Positions 11,320 through 25,800 of a stretch of 64,000 nt of DNA are shown here, piece by piece. The DNA is from Auanema rhodensis. Taxonomy: Eukaryota > Animalia > Nematoda. The stretch is from positions 10,292,001 to 10,356,000 of the forward strand of contig OZ059895.1 of assembly GCA_964057225.1 (NCBI GenBank), read 5' to 3'. The position numbers and the translations under genes were made by a program. The notes beneath the pieces are model-generated. The model was not told the origin of the DNA. It did no database searches and saw only the letters and a program-made list of their open reading frames with translations. Every line of letters starts with the position of its first letter. Positions within the stretch are counted from its first letter, which is position 1.

Positions 11320-14300
11320 TGGATATATGCTTACAAAACCTAATTCATATCATCTAACAGTTCATTCTGAGTTAAGTGAGATGTTGCCCGTAATGTTAAG
11401 ACTGAAAATAAAAGTAATACATTATTTAGTTTTTCTTAAAAATCGAACAAGATAGCAACTTGAGCCCGCCGGAAAATATGATTAATATGGTTCTGTGCTA
11501 ACAAAATTTGTTATACCTTTTCAATCAACTAATTCTTAGTTAAATGAGATGTAGCACGTACTTCTAGGACAAGAAATAAAATTTGTAGAATATTTAATTT
11601 TTCATAAAAATCAAACGAAATATCAAGTTGAACCCGCCGCAAAACATGATTACTATGGATATATGCTTACAAATTTTTTTCGGTATTTCTAGGGCTAAAA
11701 ATAAACATTTAAAAAATTTTAATTTTTCATAAAAATCGAACAAAATAGCAACTTAAGCCCGCCGGAAAATATGATTAATATGGTTCTGTGCTAACAAAAT
11801 TTGTTATACCTTTTCAAGCAACTAATTCTTAGTTAAATGAGATGTAGCACGTACTTCTAGGACAAGAAATAAAATTTGTAGAATATTTAATTTTTCATAA
11901 AAATCAAACGAAATATCAAGTTGAACCCACCGCAAAACATGATTACTATGGATATATGCTTACAAAACCTAATTCATATCATCTAACAGTTCATTTTGAG
12001 TTAAGTGAGATGTTGCCCGTAATGTTAAGACTGAAAATAAAAGTAATACATTATTTAGTTTTTCTTAAAAATCGAACAAAATAGCAACTTGAGCCCGCCG
12101 TAAAATATGATTAATATATTTCTCTGCTAACAAAATTTGTTTTACTTTTTTAATCAACTACTTCTTAGTCGAATGAGATGTAGCACGTACTTCTAGGACA
12201 AGAAATAAAATTTTTAGAATTTTTAATTTTTCATAAAAATCAAACGAAATAGCAAGTTGAACCGGCCGCAAAACATGATTACTATGGATATATGCTTACA
12301 AAACCTAATTCATATCATCTAACAGTTCATTCTGAGTTAAGTGAGATGTTGCCCGTAATGTTAAGACTGAAAATAAAAGTAATACATTATTTAGTTTTTC
12401 TTAAAAATCGAACAAAATAGCAACTTAAGCCCGCCGGAAAATATGATTAATATGGTTCTGTGCTAACAAAATTTGTTATACCTTTTCAAGCAACTAATTC
12501 TTAGTTAAATGAGATGTAGCACGTACTTCTAGGACAAGAAATAAAATTTGTAGAATATTTAATTTTTCATAAAAATCAAACGAAATATCAAGTTGAACCC
12601 ACCGCAAAACATGATTACTATGGATATATGCTTACAAAACCTAATTCATATCATCTAACAGTTCATTTTGAGTTAAGTGAGATGTTGCCCGTAATGTTAA
12701 GACTGAAAATAAAAGTAATACATTATTTAGTTTTTCTTAAAAATCGAACAAAATAGCAACTTGAGCCCGCCGTAAAATATGATTAATATATTTCTCTGCT
12801 AACAAAATTTGTTTTACTTGTTTAATCAACTAATTCTCAGTTGAATGAGATGTAGCACGTACTTCTAGGACAAGAAACAAAATTTTTAGAATATTTATTT
12901 TTTCATAAAAATCAAACGAAATAGCAAGTTGAACCGGCCGCAAAACATGATTACTATGGATATATGCTTACAAAACCTAATTCATATCATCTAACAGTTC
13001 ATTCTGAGTTAAGTGAGATGTTGCTCGTAATGTTAAGACTGAAAATAAAAGTAATACATCATTTAGTTTTTCTTAAAAATCGAACAAAATAGCAACTTGA
13101 GCCCGCCGTAAAATATGATTAATATAGTTCTCTGCTAACAAAATTTGTTTTACTTTTTTAATCAACTAATTTTCAGTTGAATGAGATGTAGCACGTACTT
13201 CTAGGACAAGAAATAAAATTTTTAGAATATTTCATTTTTCATAAAAATCAAACGAAATATCAAGTTGAACCCACCGCAAAACATGATTACTATGGATATA
13301 TGCTTACAAAACCTAATTTATATTGTCAAATAGTAAATTTTGAGTTGAATGAGATGTTGCACGTATTTCTAGGGCTAAAAATAAACATTTTAAAATTTTA
13401 ATTTTTCATAAAAATCGAACAAAATAGCAACTTGAGCCCGCCGGAAAATATGATTAATATGGTTCTGTGCTAACAAAATTTGTTATACCTTTTCAATCAA
13501 CTAATTCTTAGTTAAATGAGATGTAGCACGTACTTCTAGGACAAGAAATAAAATTTTTAGAATATTTCATTTTTCATAAAAATCAAACGAAATATCAAGT
13601 TGAACCCGCCGCAAAACATGATTACTATGGATATATGCTTACAAAACCTAATTCATATCATCTAACAGTTCATTCTGAGTTAAGTGAGATGTTGCCCGTA
13701 ATGTTAAGACTGAAAATAAAAGTAATACATTATTTAGTTTTTCTTAAAAATCGAACAAGATAGCAACTTGAGCCCGCCGGAAAATATGATTAATATGGTT
13801 CTGTGCTAACAAAATTTGTTATACCTTTTCAATCAACTAATTCTTAGTTAAATGAGATGTAGCACGTACTTCTAGGACAAGAAATAAAATTTGTAGAATA
13901 TTTAATTTTTCATAAAAATCAAACGAAATATCAAGTTGAACCCGCCGCAAAACATGATTACTATGGATATATGCTTACAAATTTTTTTCGGTATTTCTAG
14001 GGCTAAAAATAAACATTTAAAAAATTTTAATTTTTCATAAAAATCGAACAAAATAGCAACTTAAGCCCGCCGGAAAATATGATTAATATGGTTCTGTGCT
14101 AACAAAATTTGTTATACCTTTTCAAGCAACTAATTCTTAGTTAAATGAGATGTAGCACGTACTTCTAGGACAAGAAATAAAATTTGTAGAATATTTAATT
14201 TTTCATAAAAATCAAACGAAATATCAAGTTGAACCCACCGCAAAACATGATTACTATGGATATATGCTTACAAAACCTAATTCATATCATCTAACAGTTC

Positions 14301-15231
14301 ATTTTGAGTTAAGTGAGATGTTGCCCGTAATGTTAAGACTGAAAATAAAAGTAATACATTATTTAGTTTTTCTTAAAAATCGAACAAAATAGCAACTTGA
14401 GCCCGCCGTAAAATATGATTAATATATTTCTCTGCTAACAAAATTTGTTTTACTTTTTTAATCAACTACTTCTTAGTCGAATGAGATGTAGCACGTACTT
14501 CTAGGACAAGAAATAAAATTTTTAGAATTTTTAATTTTTCATAAAAATCAAACGAAATAGCAAGTTGAACCGGCCGCAAAACATGATTACTATGGATATA
14601 TGCTTACAAAACCTAATTCATATCATCTAACAGTTCATTCTGAGTTAAGTGAGATGTTGCCCGTAATGTTAAGACTGAAAATAAAAGTAATACATTATTT
14701 AGTTTTTCTTAAAAATCGAACAAAATAGCAACTTAAGCCCGCCGGAAAATATGATTAATATGGTTCTGTGCTAACAAAATTTGTTATACCTTTTCAAGCA
14801 ACTAATTCTTAGTTAAATGAGATGTAGCACGTACTTCTAGGACAAGAAATAAAATTTGTAGAATATTTAATTTTTCATAAAAATCAAACGAAATATCAAG
14901 TTGAACCCACCGCAAAACATGATTACTATGGATATATGCTTACAAAACCTAATTCATATCATCTAACAGTTCATTTTGAGTTAAGTGAGATGTTGCCCGT
15001 AATGTTAAGACTGAAAATAAAAGTAATACATTATTTAGTTTTTCTTAAAAATCGAACAAAATAGCAACTTGAGCCCGCCGTAAAATATGATTAATATATT
15101 TCTCTGCTAACAAAATTTGTTTTACTTGTTTAATCAACTAATTCTCAGTTGAATGAGATGTAGCACGTACTTCTAGGACAAGAAACAAAATTTTTAGAAT
15201 ATTTATTTTTTCATAAAAATCAAACGAAATA
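11320..15231. repeat. Duplication at a 2308-bp (7-dimer) offset; 11320-12923 matches 13628-15231
   Basis: Marker variants at a constant 2308 offset: GAACAAGATAGC 11451/13759, short B monomer 11662/13970, CAAGAAACAA 12871/15179. Confidence 0.85.
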
Positions 15232-18200
15232 TCAAGTTGAACCGGCCGCAAAACATGATTACTATGGATATATGCTTACAAAACCAAATTTTTATTATCA
15301 AACTGTCCATTTTCAGTTGCATAAGATGACGCACGTATTTCTAGGGCTAAAAATAAACATTTTAAAACTTTTAATTTTTCATAAAAATTGAACAAAATAG
15401 CAACTTGAGCCCGCCGGAAAATATGATTAATATACTTCTGTGCTAACAAAATTTGTTTTACTCTTTTTAGTCAACTAATTCTCAGTTGAATGAGATGTAG
15501 CACGTACTTCTAGGACAAGAAATAAAATTTGTAGAATATTTAATTTTTCATAAAAATCAAACGAAATAGCAAGTTGAACCTGCCGCAAAACATGATTACT
15601 ATGGATATATGCTTACAAAACCAAAATTATATTATCACATTGTCGCTTTTCAGTTGAATAAGATGATGCACGTATTTCTAGGGCTGAAAATAAACATTTT
15701 AAAATTTTTCATAAAAATCGAACAAAATAGCAACTTGAGCCCGCCGGAAAATATGATTAATATGGTTCTGTGCTAACAAAATTTGTTATAGCTTTTCAAT
15801 CAACTAATTCTTAGTTAAATGAGATGTAGCACGTACTTCTAGGACAGGAAATAAAATTTGTAGAATATTTAATTTTTCATAAAAATCAAACGAAATATCA
15901 AGTTGAACCCACCGCAAAACATGATTACTATGGATATATGCTTACAAAACCTAAATTATATTATCAAATAGTTAATTTTGAGTTGAATGAGATGTTGCAT
16001 GTATTTCTAGGGCTAAAAATAAACATTTTAAAATTTTTAATTTTTCATAAAAATCGAACAAAATAGCAACTTGAGCCCGCCGGAAAATATGATTAATATG
16101 GTTCTGTGCTAACAAAATTTGTTTTACTTTTTTAATCAACTAATTCTCAGTTGAATGAGATGTAGCACGTACTTCTAGGACAAGAAATAAAATTTTTAGA
16201 ATTTTTAAAAATTTCATAAAAATCAAACGAAATAGCAAGTTGAACCGGCCGCAAAACATGATTACTATGGATATATGCTTACAAAACCTAATTCATATCA
16301 TCTAACAGTTCATTCTGAGTTAAGTGAGATGTTGCTCGTAATGTTAAGACTGAAAATAAAAGTAATACATTATTTAGTTTTTCTTAAAAATCGAACAAAA
16401 TAGCAACTTGAGCCCGCCGTAAAATATGATTAATATAGTTCTCTGCTAACAAAATTTGTTTTACTTTTTTAATCAACTAATTTTCAGTTGAATGAGATGT
16501 AGCACGTACTTCTAGGACAAGAAATAAAATTTTTAGAATATTTCATTTTTCATAAAAATCAAACGAAATATCAAGTTGAACCCACCGCAAAACATGATTA
16601 CTATGGATATATGCTTACAAAACCTAATTTATATTGTCAAATAGTACATTTTGAGTTGAATGAGATGTTGCACGTATTTCTAGGGCTAAAAATAAACATT
16701 TTAAAATTTTTAATTTTTCATAAAAATGGAACAAAATAGCAACTTGAGCCCGCCGGAAAATATGATTAATATGGTTCTGTGCTAACAAAATTTGTTATAC
16801 CTTTTCAATCAACTAATTCTTAGTTAAATGAGATGTAGCACGTACTTCTAGGACAAGAAATAAAATTTTTAGAATATTTCATTTTTCATAAAAATCAAAC
16901 GAAATATCAAGTTGAACCCGCCGCAAAACATGATTACTATGGATATATGCTTACAAATTTTTTTCGGTATTTCTAGGGCTAAAAATAAACATTTAAAAAA
17001 TTTTAATTTTTCATAAAAATCGAACAAAATAGCAACTTAAGCCCGCCGGAAAATATGATTAATATGGTTCTGTGCTAACAAAATTTGTTATACCTTTTCA
17101 AGCAACTAATTCTTAGTTAAATGAGATGTAGCACGTACTTCTAGGACAAGAAATAAAATTTGTAGAATATTTAATTTTTCATAAAAATCAAACGAAATAT
17201 CAAGTTGAACCCACCGCAAAACATGATTACTATGGATATATGCTTACAAAACCTAATTCATATCATCTAACAGTTCATTTTGAGTTAAGTGAGATGTTGC
17301 CCGTAATGTTAAGACTGAAAATAAAAGTAATACATTATTTAGTTTTTCTTAAAAATCGAACAAAATAGCAACTTAAGCCCGCCGGAAAATATGATTAATA
17401 TGGTTCTGTGCTAACAAAATTTGTTATACCTTTTCAAGCAACTAATTCTTAGTTAAATGAGATGTAGCACGTACTTCTAGGACAAGAAATAAAATTTGTA
17501 GAATATTTAATTTTTCATAAAAATCAAACGAAATATCAAGTTGAACCCACCGCAAAACATGATTACTATGGATATATGCTTACAAAACCTAATTCATATC
17601 ATCTAACAGTTCATTTTGAGTTAAGTGAGATGTTGCCCGTAATGTTAAGACTGAAAATAAAAGTAATACATTATTTAGTTTTTCTTAAAAATCGAACAAA
17701 ATAGCAACTTGAGCCCGCCGTAAAATATGATTAATATATTTCTCTGCTAACAAAATTTGTTTTACTTTTTTAATCAACTACTTCTTAGTCGAATGAGATG
17801 TAGCACGTACTTCTAGGACAAGAAATAAAATTTTTAGAATTTTTAATTTTTCATAAAAATCAAACGAAATAGCAAGTTGAACCGGCCGCAAAACATGATT
17901 ACTATGGATATATGCTTACAAAACCTAATTCATATCATCTAACAGTTCATTCTGAGTTAAGTGAGATGTTGCCCGTAATGTTAAGACTGAAAATAAAAGT
18001 AATACATTATTTAGTTTTTCTTAAAAATCGAACAAAATAGCAACTTAAGCCCGCCGGAAAATATGATTAATATGGTTCTGTGCTAACAAAATTTGTTATA
18101 CCTTTTCAAGCAACTAATTCTTAGTTAAATGAGATGTAGCACGTACTTCTAGGACAAGAAATAAAATTTGTAGAATATTTAATTTTTCATAAAAATCAAA

Positions 18201-21200
18201 CGAAATATCAAGTTGAACCCACCGCAAAACATGATTACTATGGATATATGCTTACAAAACCTAATTCATATCATCTAACAGTTCATTTTGAGTTAAGTGA
18301 GATGTTGCCCGTAATGTTAAGACTGAAAATAAAAGTAATACATTATTTAGTTTTTCTTAAAAATCGAACAAAATAGCAACTTGAGCCCGCCGTAAAATAT
18401 GATTAATATATTTCTCTGCTAACAAAATTTGTTTTACTTGTTTAATCAACTAATTCTCAGTTGAATGAGATGTAGCACGTACTTCTAGGACAAGAAACAA
18501 AATTTTTAGAATATTTATTTTTTCATAAAAATCAAACGAAATATCAAGTTGAACCGGCCGCAAAACATGATTACTATGGATATATGCTTACAAAACCAAA
18601 TTTTTATTATCAAACTGTCCATTTTCAGTTGCATAAGATGACGCACGTATTTCTAGGGCTAAAAATAAACATTTTAAAACTTTTAATTTTTCATAAAAAT
18701 TGAACAAAATAGCAACTTGAGCCCGCCGGAAAATATGATTAATATACTTCTGTGCTAACAAAATTTGTTTTACTCTTTTTAGTCAACTAATTCTCAGTTG
18801 AATGAGATGTAGCACGTACTTCTAGGACAAGAAATAAAATTTGTAGAATATTTAATTTTTCATAAAAATCAAACGAAATAGCAAGTTGAACCTGCCGCAA
18901 AACATGATTACTATGGATATATGCTTACAAAACCAAAATTATATTATCACATTGTCGCTTTTCAGTTGAATAAGATGATGCACGTATTTCTAGGGCTGAA
19001 AATAAACATTTTAAAATTTTTCATAAAAATCGAACAAAATAGCAACTTGAGCCCGCCGGAAAATATGATTAATATGGTTCTGTGCTAACAAAATTTGTTA
19101 TAGCTTTTCAATCAACTAATTCTTAGTTAAATGAGATGTAGCACGTACTTCTAGGACAGGAAATAAAATTTGTAGAATATTTAATTTTTCATAAAAATCA
19201 AACGAAATATCAAGTTGAACCCACCGCAAAACATGATTACTATGGATATATGCTTACAAAACCTAAATTATATTATCAAATAGTTAATTTTGAGTTGAAT
19301 GAGATGTTGCATGTATTTCTAGGGCTAAAAATAAACATTTTAAAATTTTTAATTTTTCATAAAAATCGAACAAAATAGCAACTTGAGCCCGCCGGAAAAT
19401 ATGATTAATATGGTTCTGTGCTAACAAAATTTGTTTTACTTTTTTAATCAACTAATTCTCAGTTGAATGAGATGTAGCACGTACTTCTAGGACAAGAAAT
19501 AAAATTTTTAGAATTTTTAAAAATTTCATAAAAATCAAACGAAATAGCAAGTTGAACCGGCCGCAAAACATGATTACTATGGATATATGCTTACAAAACC
19601 TAATTCATATCATCTAACAGTTCATTCTGAGTTAAGTGAGATGTTGCTCGTAATGTTAAGACTGAAAATAAAAGTAATACATTATTTAGTTTTTCTTAAA
19701 AATCGAACAAAATAGCAACTTGAGCCCGCCGTAAAATATGATTAATATAGTTCTCTGCTAACAAAATTTGTTTTACTTTTTTAATCAACTAATTTTCAGT
19801 TGAATGAGATGTAGCACGTACTTCTAGGACAAGAAATAAAATTTTTAGAATATTTCATTTTTCATAAAAATCAAACGAAATATCAAGTTGAACCCACCGC
19901 AAAACATGATTACTATGGATATATGCTTACAAAACCTAATTTATATTGTCAAATAGTACATTTTGAGTTGAATGAGATGTTGCACGTATTTCTAGGGCTA
20001 AAAATAAACATTTTAAAATTTTTAATTTTTCATAAAAATGGAACAAAATAGCAACTTGAGCCCGCCGGAAAATATGATTAATATGGTTCTGTGCTAACAA
20101 AATTTGTTATACCTTTTCAATCAACTAATTCTTAGTTAAATGAGATGTAGCACGTACTTCTAGGACAAGAAATAAAATTTTTAGAATATTTCATTTTTCA
20201 TAAAAATCAAACGAAATATCAAGTTGAACCCGCCGCAAAACATGATTACTATGGATATATGCTTACAAATTTTTTTCGGTATTTCTAGGGCTAAAAATAA
20301 ACATTTAAAAAATTTTAATTTTTCATAAAAATCGAACAAAATAGCAACTTAAGCCCGCCGGAAAATATGATTAATATGGTTCTGTGCTAACAAAATTTGT
20401 TATACCTTTTCAAGCAACTAATTCTTAGTTAAATGAGATGTAGCACGTACTTCTAGGACAAGAAATAAAATTTGTAGAATATTTAATTTTTCATAAAAAT
20501 CAAACGAAATATCAAGTTGAACCCACCGCAAAACATGATTACTATGGATATATGCTTACAAAACCTAATTCATATCATCTAACAGTTCATTTTGAGTTAA
20601 GTGAGATGTTGCCCGTAATGTTAAGACTGAAAATAAAAGTAATACATTATTTAGTTTTTCTTAAAAATCGAACAAAATAGCAACTTAAGCCCGCCGGAAA
20701 ATATGATTAATATGGTTCTGTGCTAACAAAATTTGTTATACCTTTTCAAGCAACTAATTCTTAGTTAAATGAGATGTAGCACGTACTTCTAGGACAAGAA
20801 ATAAAATTTGTAGAATATTTAATTTTTCATAAAAATCAAACGAAATATCAAGTTGAACCCACCGCAAAACATGATTACTATGGATATATGCTTACAAAAC
20901 CTAATTCATATCATCTAACAGTTCATTTTGAGTTAAGTGAGATGTTGCCCGTAATGTTAAGACTGAAAATAAAAGTAATACATTATTTAGTTTTTCTTAA
21001 AAATCGAACAAAATAGCAACTTGAGCCCGCCGTAAAATATGATTAATATATTTCTCTGCTAACAAAATTTGTTTTACTTTTTTAATCAACTACTTCTTAG
21101 TCGAATGAGATGTAGCACGTACTTCTAGGACAAGAAATAAAATTTTTAGAATTTTTAATTTTTCATAAAAATCAAACGAAATAGCAAGTTGAACCGGCCG

Positions 21201-22826
21201 CAAAACATGATTACTATGGATATATGCTTACAAAACCTAATTCATATCATCTAACAGTTCATTCTGAGTTAAGTGAGATGTTGCCCGTAATGTTAAGACT
21301 GAAAATAAAAGTAATACATTATTTAGTTTTTCTTAAAAATCGAACAAAATAGCAACTTAAGCCCGCCGGAAAATATGATTAATATGGTTCTGTGCTAACA
21401 AAATTTGTTATACCTTTTCAAGCAACTAATTCTTAGTTAAATGAGATGTAGCACGTACTTCTAGGACAAGAAATAAAATTTGTAGAATATTTAATTTTTC
21501 ATAAAAATCAAACGAAATATCAAGTTGAACCCACCGCAAAACATGATTACTATGGATATATGCTTACAAAACCTAATTCATATCATCTAACAGTTCATTT
21601 TGAGTTAAGTGAGATGTTGCCCGTAATGTTAAGACTGAAAATAAAAGTAATACATTATTTAGTTTTTCTTAAAAATCGAACAAAATAGCAACTTGAGCCC
21701 GCCGTAAAATATGATTAATATATTTCTCTGCTAACAAAATTTGTTTTACTTGTTTAATCAACTAATTCTCAGTTGAATGAGATGTAGCACGTACTTCTAG
21801 GACAAGAAACAAAATTTTTAGAATATTTATTTTTTCATAAAAATCAAACGAAATATCAAGTTGAACCGGCCGCAAAACATGATTACTATGGATATATGCT
21901 TACAAAACCAAATTTTTATTATCAAACTGTCCATTTTCAGTTGCATAAGATGACGCACGTATTTCTAGGGCTAAAAATAAACATTTTAAAACTTTTAATT
22001 TTTCATAAAAATTGAACAAAATAGCAACTTGAGCCCGCCGGAAAATATGATTAATATACTTCTGTGCTAACAAAATTTGTTTTACTCTTTTTAGTCAACT
22101 AATTCTCAGTTGAATGAGATGTAGCACGTACTTCTAGGACAAGAAATAAAATTTGTAGAATATTTAATTTTTCATAAAAATCAAACGAAATAGCAAGTTG
22201 AACCTGCCGCAAAACATGATTACTATGGATATATGCTTACAAAACCAAAATTATATTATCACATTGTCGCTTTTCAGTTGAATAAGATGATGCACGTATT
22301 TCTAGGGCTGAAAATAAACATTTTAAAATTTTTCATAAAAATCGAACAAAATAGCAACTTGAGCCCGCCGGAAAATATGATTAATATGGTTCTGTGCTAA
22401 CAAAATTTGTTATAGCTTTTCAATCAACTAATTCTTAGTTAAATGAGATGTAGCACGTACTTCTAGGACAGGAAATAAAATTTGTAGAATATTTAATTTT
22501 TCATAAAAATCAAACGAAATATCAAGTTGAACCCACCGCAAAACATGATTACTATGGATATATGCTTACAAAACCTAAATTATATTATCAAATAGTTAAT
22601 TTTGAGTTGAATGAGATGTTGCATGTATTTCTAGGGCTAAAAATAAACATTTTAAAATTTTTAATTTTTCATAAAAATCGAACAAAATAGCAACTTGAGC
22701 CCGCCGGAAAATATGATTAATATGGTTCTGTGCTAACAAAATTTGTTTTACTTTTTTAATCAACTAATTCTCAGTTGAATGAGATGTAGCACGTACTTCT
22801 AGGACAAGAAATAAAATTTTTAGAAT
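14040..22826. repeat. Higher-order repeat, 3312-bp period (10 dimers), about 2.6 copies
   Basis: CAAGAAACAA at 15179, 18491, 21803; short B monomer at 16946 and 20258. 3360-43-7+2=3312 matches the indel variants seen in the unit. Confidence 0.9.
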
Positions 22827-25800
22827 ATTTAATTTTTCATAAAAATCAAACGAAATAGCAAGTTGAACCCGCCGCAAAACATGATTACTATGGATATATG
22901 CTTACAAAACCAAAATTATTTTATCAAACTGTCGATTTTCAGTTGAATAAGATGATGCACGTATTTCTAGGGCTAAAAATAAACATTTTAAAATTTTTAA
23001 TTTTTCATAAAAATCGAACAAAATAGCAACTTGAGCCCGCCGTAAAATATGATTAATATATTTCTCTGCTAACAAAATTTGTTTTTACTTTTTTCATCAA
23101 CTAATTTTCAGTTGAATGAGATGTAGCACGTACTTCTAGGACAAGAAATAAAATTTTTAGAATATTTCATTTTTCATAAAAATCAAACGAAATATCAAGT
23201 TGAACCCACCGCAAAACATGATTACTATGGATATATGCTTACAAAACCTAAATTATATTGTCAAATAGTAAATTTTGAGTTGAATGAGATGTTGCACGTA
23301 TTTCTAGGGCTAAAAATAAACATTTTTAAAATTTTAATTTTTCATAAAAATCGAACAAAATAGCAACTTGAGCCCGCCGGAAAATATGATTAATATGGTT
23401 CTGTGCTAACAAAATTTGTTTTACTCTTTTTAATCAACTAATTCTCAGTTGAATGAGATGTAGCACGTACTTCTAGGACAAGAAATAAAATTTTTAGAAT
23501 ATTTATTTTTTCATAAAAATCAAACGAAATAGCAAGTTGAACCCACCGCAAAACATGATTACTATGGATATATGCTTACAAAACCAAATTTTTATCATCA
23601 AACTGTCGATTTTCAGTTGCATAAGATGATGCACGTATTTCTAGGGCTAAAAATAAACATTTTAAAACTTTTAATTTTTCATAAAAATTGAACAAAATAG
23701 CAACTTGAGCCCGCCGGAGAATATGATTAATATATTTCTGTGCTAACAAAAATTGTTTTACTCTTTTTAATCAACTAATTCTCAGTTGAATGAGATGTAG
23801 CACGTACTTCTAGGACAAGAAATAAATTTTTTAGAATATTTATTTTTTCATAAAAATCAAACGAAATAGCAAGTTGAACCTGCCGCAAAACATGATTACT
23901 ATGGATATATGCTTACAAAACCAAAATTATATTATCACATTGTCGCTTTTCAGTTGAATAAGATGATGCACGTATTTCTAGGGCTGAAAATAAACATTTT
24001 AAAATTTTTCATAAAAATCGAACAAAATAGCAACTTGAGCCCGCCGGAAAATATGATTAATATGGTTCTGTGCTAACAAAATTTGTTATAGCTTTTCAAT
24101 CAACTAATTCTTAGTTAAATGAGATGTAGCACGTACTTCTAGGACAGGAAATAAAATTTGTAGAATATTTAATTTTTCATAAAAATCAAACGAAATATCA
24201 AGTTGAACCCACCGCAAAACATGATTACTATGGATATATGCTTACAAAACCTAATTTATATTATCAAATAGTTAATTTTGAGTTGAATGAGATGTTGCAT
24301 GTATTTCTAGGGCTAAAAATAAACATTTTTAAAATTTTAATTTTTCATAAAAATCGAACAAAATAGCAACTTGAGCCCGCCGGAAAATATGATTAATATG
24401 GTTCTGTGCTAACAAAATTTGTTTTACTCTTTTTAATCAACTAATTCTCAGTTGAATGAGATGTAGCACGTACTTCTAGGACAAGAAATAAAATTTTTAG
24501 AATATTTATTTTTTCATAAAAATCAAACGAAATAGCAAGTTGAACCCACCGCAAAACATGATTACTATGGATATATGCTTACAAAACCTAATTCATATCA
24601 TCTAACAGTTCATTCTGAGTTGAGTGAGATGTTGCCCGTAATGTTAAGACTGAAAAAAAAAGTAATACATTATTTAGTTTTTCATAAAAATCAAACGAAA
24701 TAGCAAGTTGAACCTGCCGCAAAACATGATTACTATGGATATATGCTTACAAAACCAAAATTATATTATCACATTGTCGCTTTTCAGTTGAATAAGATGA
24801 TGCACGTATTTCTAGGGCTGAAAATAAACATTTTAAAATTTTTCATAAAAATCGAACAAAATAGCAACTTGAGCCCGCCGGAAAATATGATTAATATGGT
24901 TCTGTGCTAACAAAATTTGTTATAGCTTTTCAATCAACTAATTCTTAGTTAAATGAGATGTAGCACGTACTTCTAGGACAGGAAATAAAATTTGTAGAAT
25001 ATTTAATTTTTCATAAAAATCAAACGAAATATCAAGTTGAACCCACCGCAAAACATGATTACTATGGATATATGCTTACAAAACCTAAATTATATTATCA
25101 AATAGTTAATTTTGAGTTGAATGAGATGTTGCATGTATTTCTAGGGCTAAAAATAAACATTTTAAAATTTTTAATTTTTCATAAAAATCGAACAAAATAG
25201 CAACTTGAGCCCGCCGGAAAATATGATTAATATGGTTCTGTGCTAACAAAATTTGTTTTACTTTTTTAATCAACTAATTCTCAGTTGAATGAGATGTAGC
25301 ACGTACTTCTAGGACAAGAAATAAAATTTTTAGAATATTTAATTTTTCATAAAAATCAAACGAAATAGCAAGTTGAACCCGCCGCAAAACATGATTACTA
25401 TGGATATATGCTTACAAAACCAAAATTATTTTATCAAACTGTCGATTTTCAGTTGAATAAGATGATGCACGTATTTCTAGGGCTAAAAATAAACATTTTA
25501 AAATTTTTAATTTTTCATAAAAATCGAACAAAATAGCAACTTGAGCCCGCCGGAAAATATGATTAATATGGTTCTGTGCTAACAAAATTTGTTATAGCTT
25601 TTCAATCAACTAATTTTTAGTTAAATGAGATGTAGCACGTACTTCTAGGACAGGAAATAAAATTTGTAGAATATTTAATTTTTCATAAAAATCAAACGAA
25701 ATATCAAGTTGAACCCACCGCAAAACATGATTACTATGGATATATGCTTACAAAACCTAATTTATATTATCAAATAGTTAATTTTGAGTTGAATGAGATG

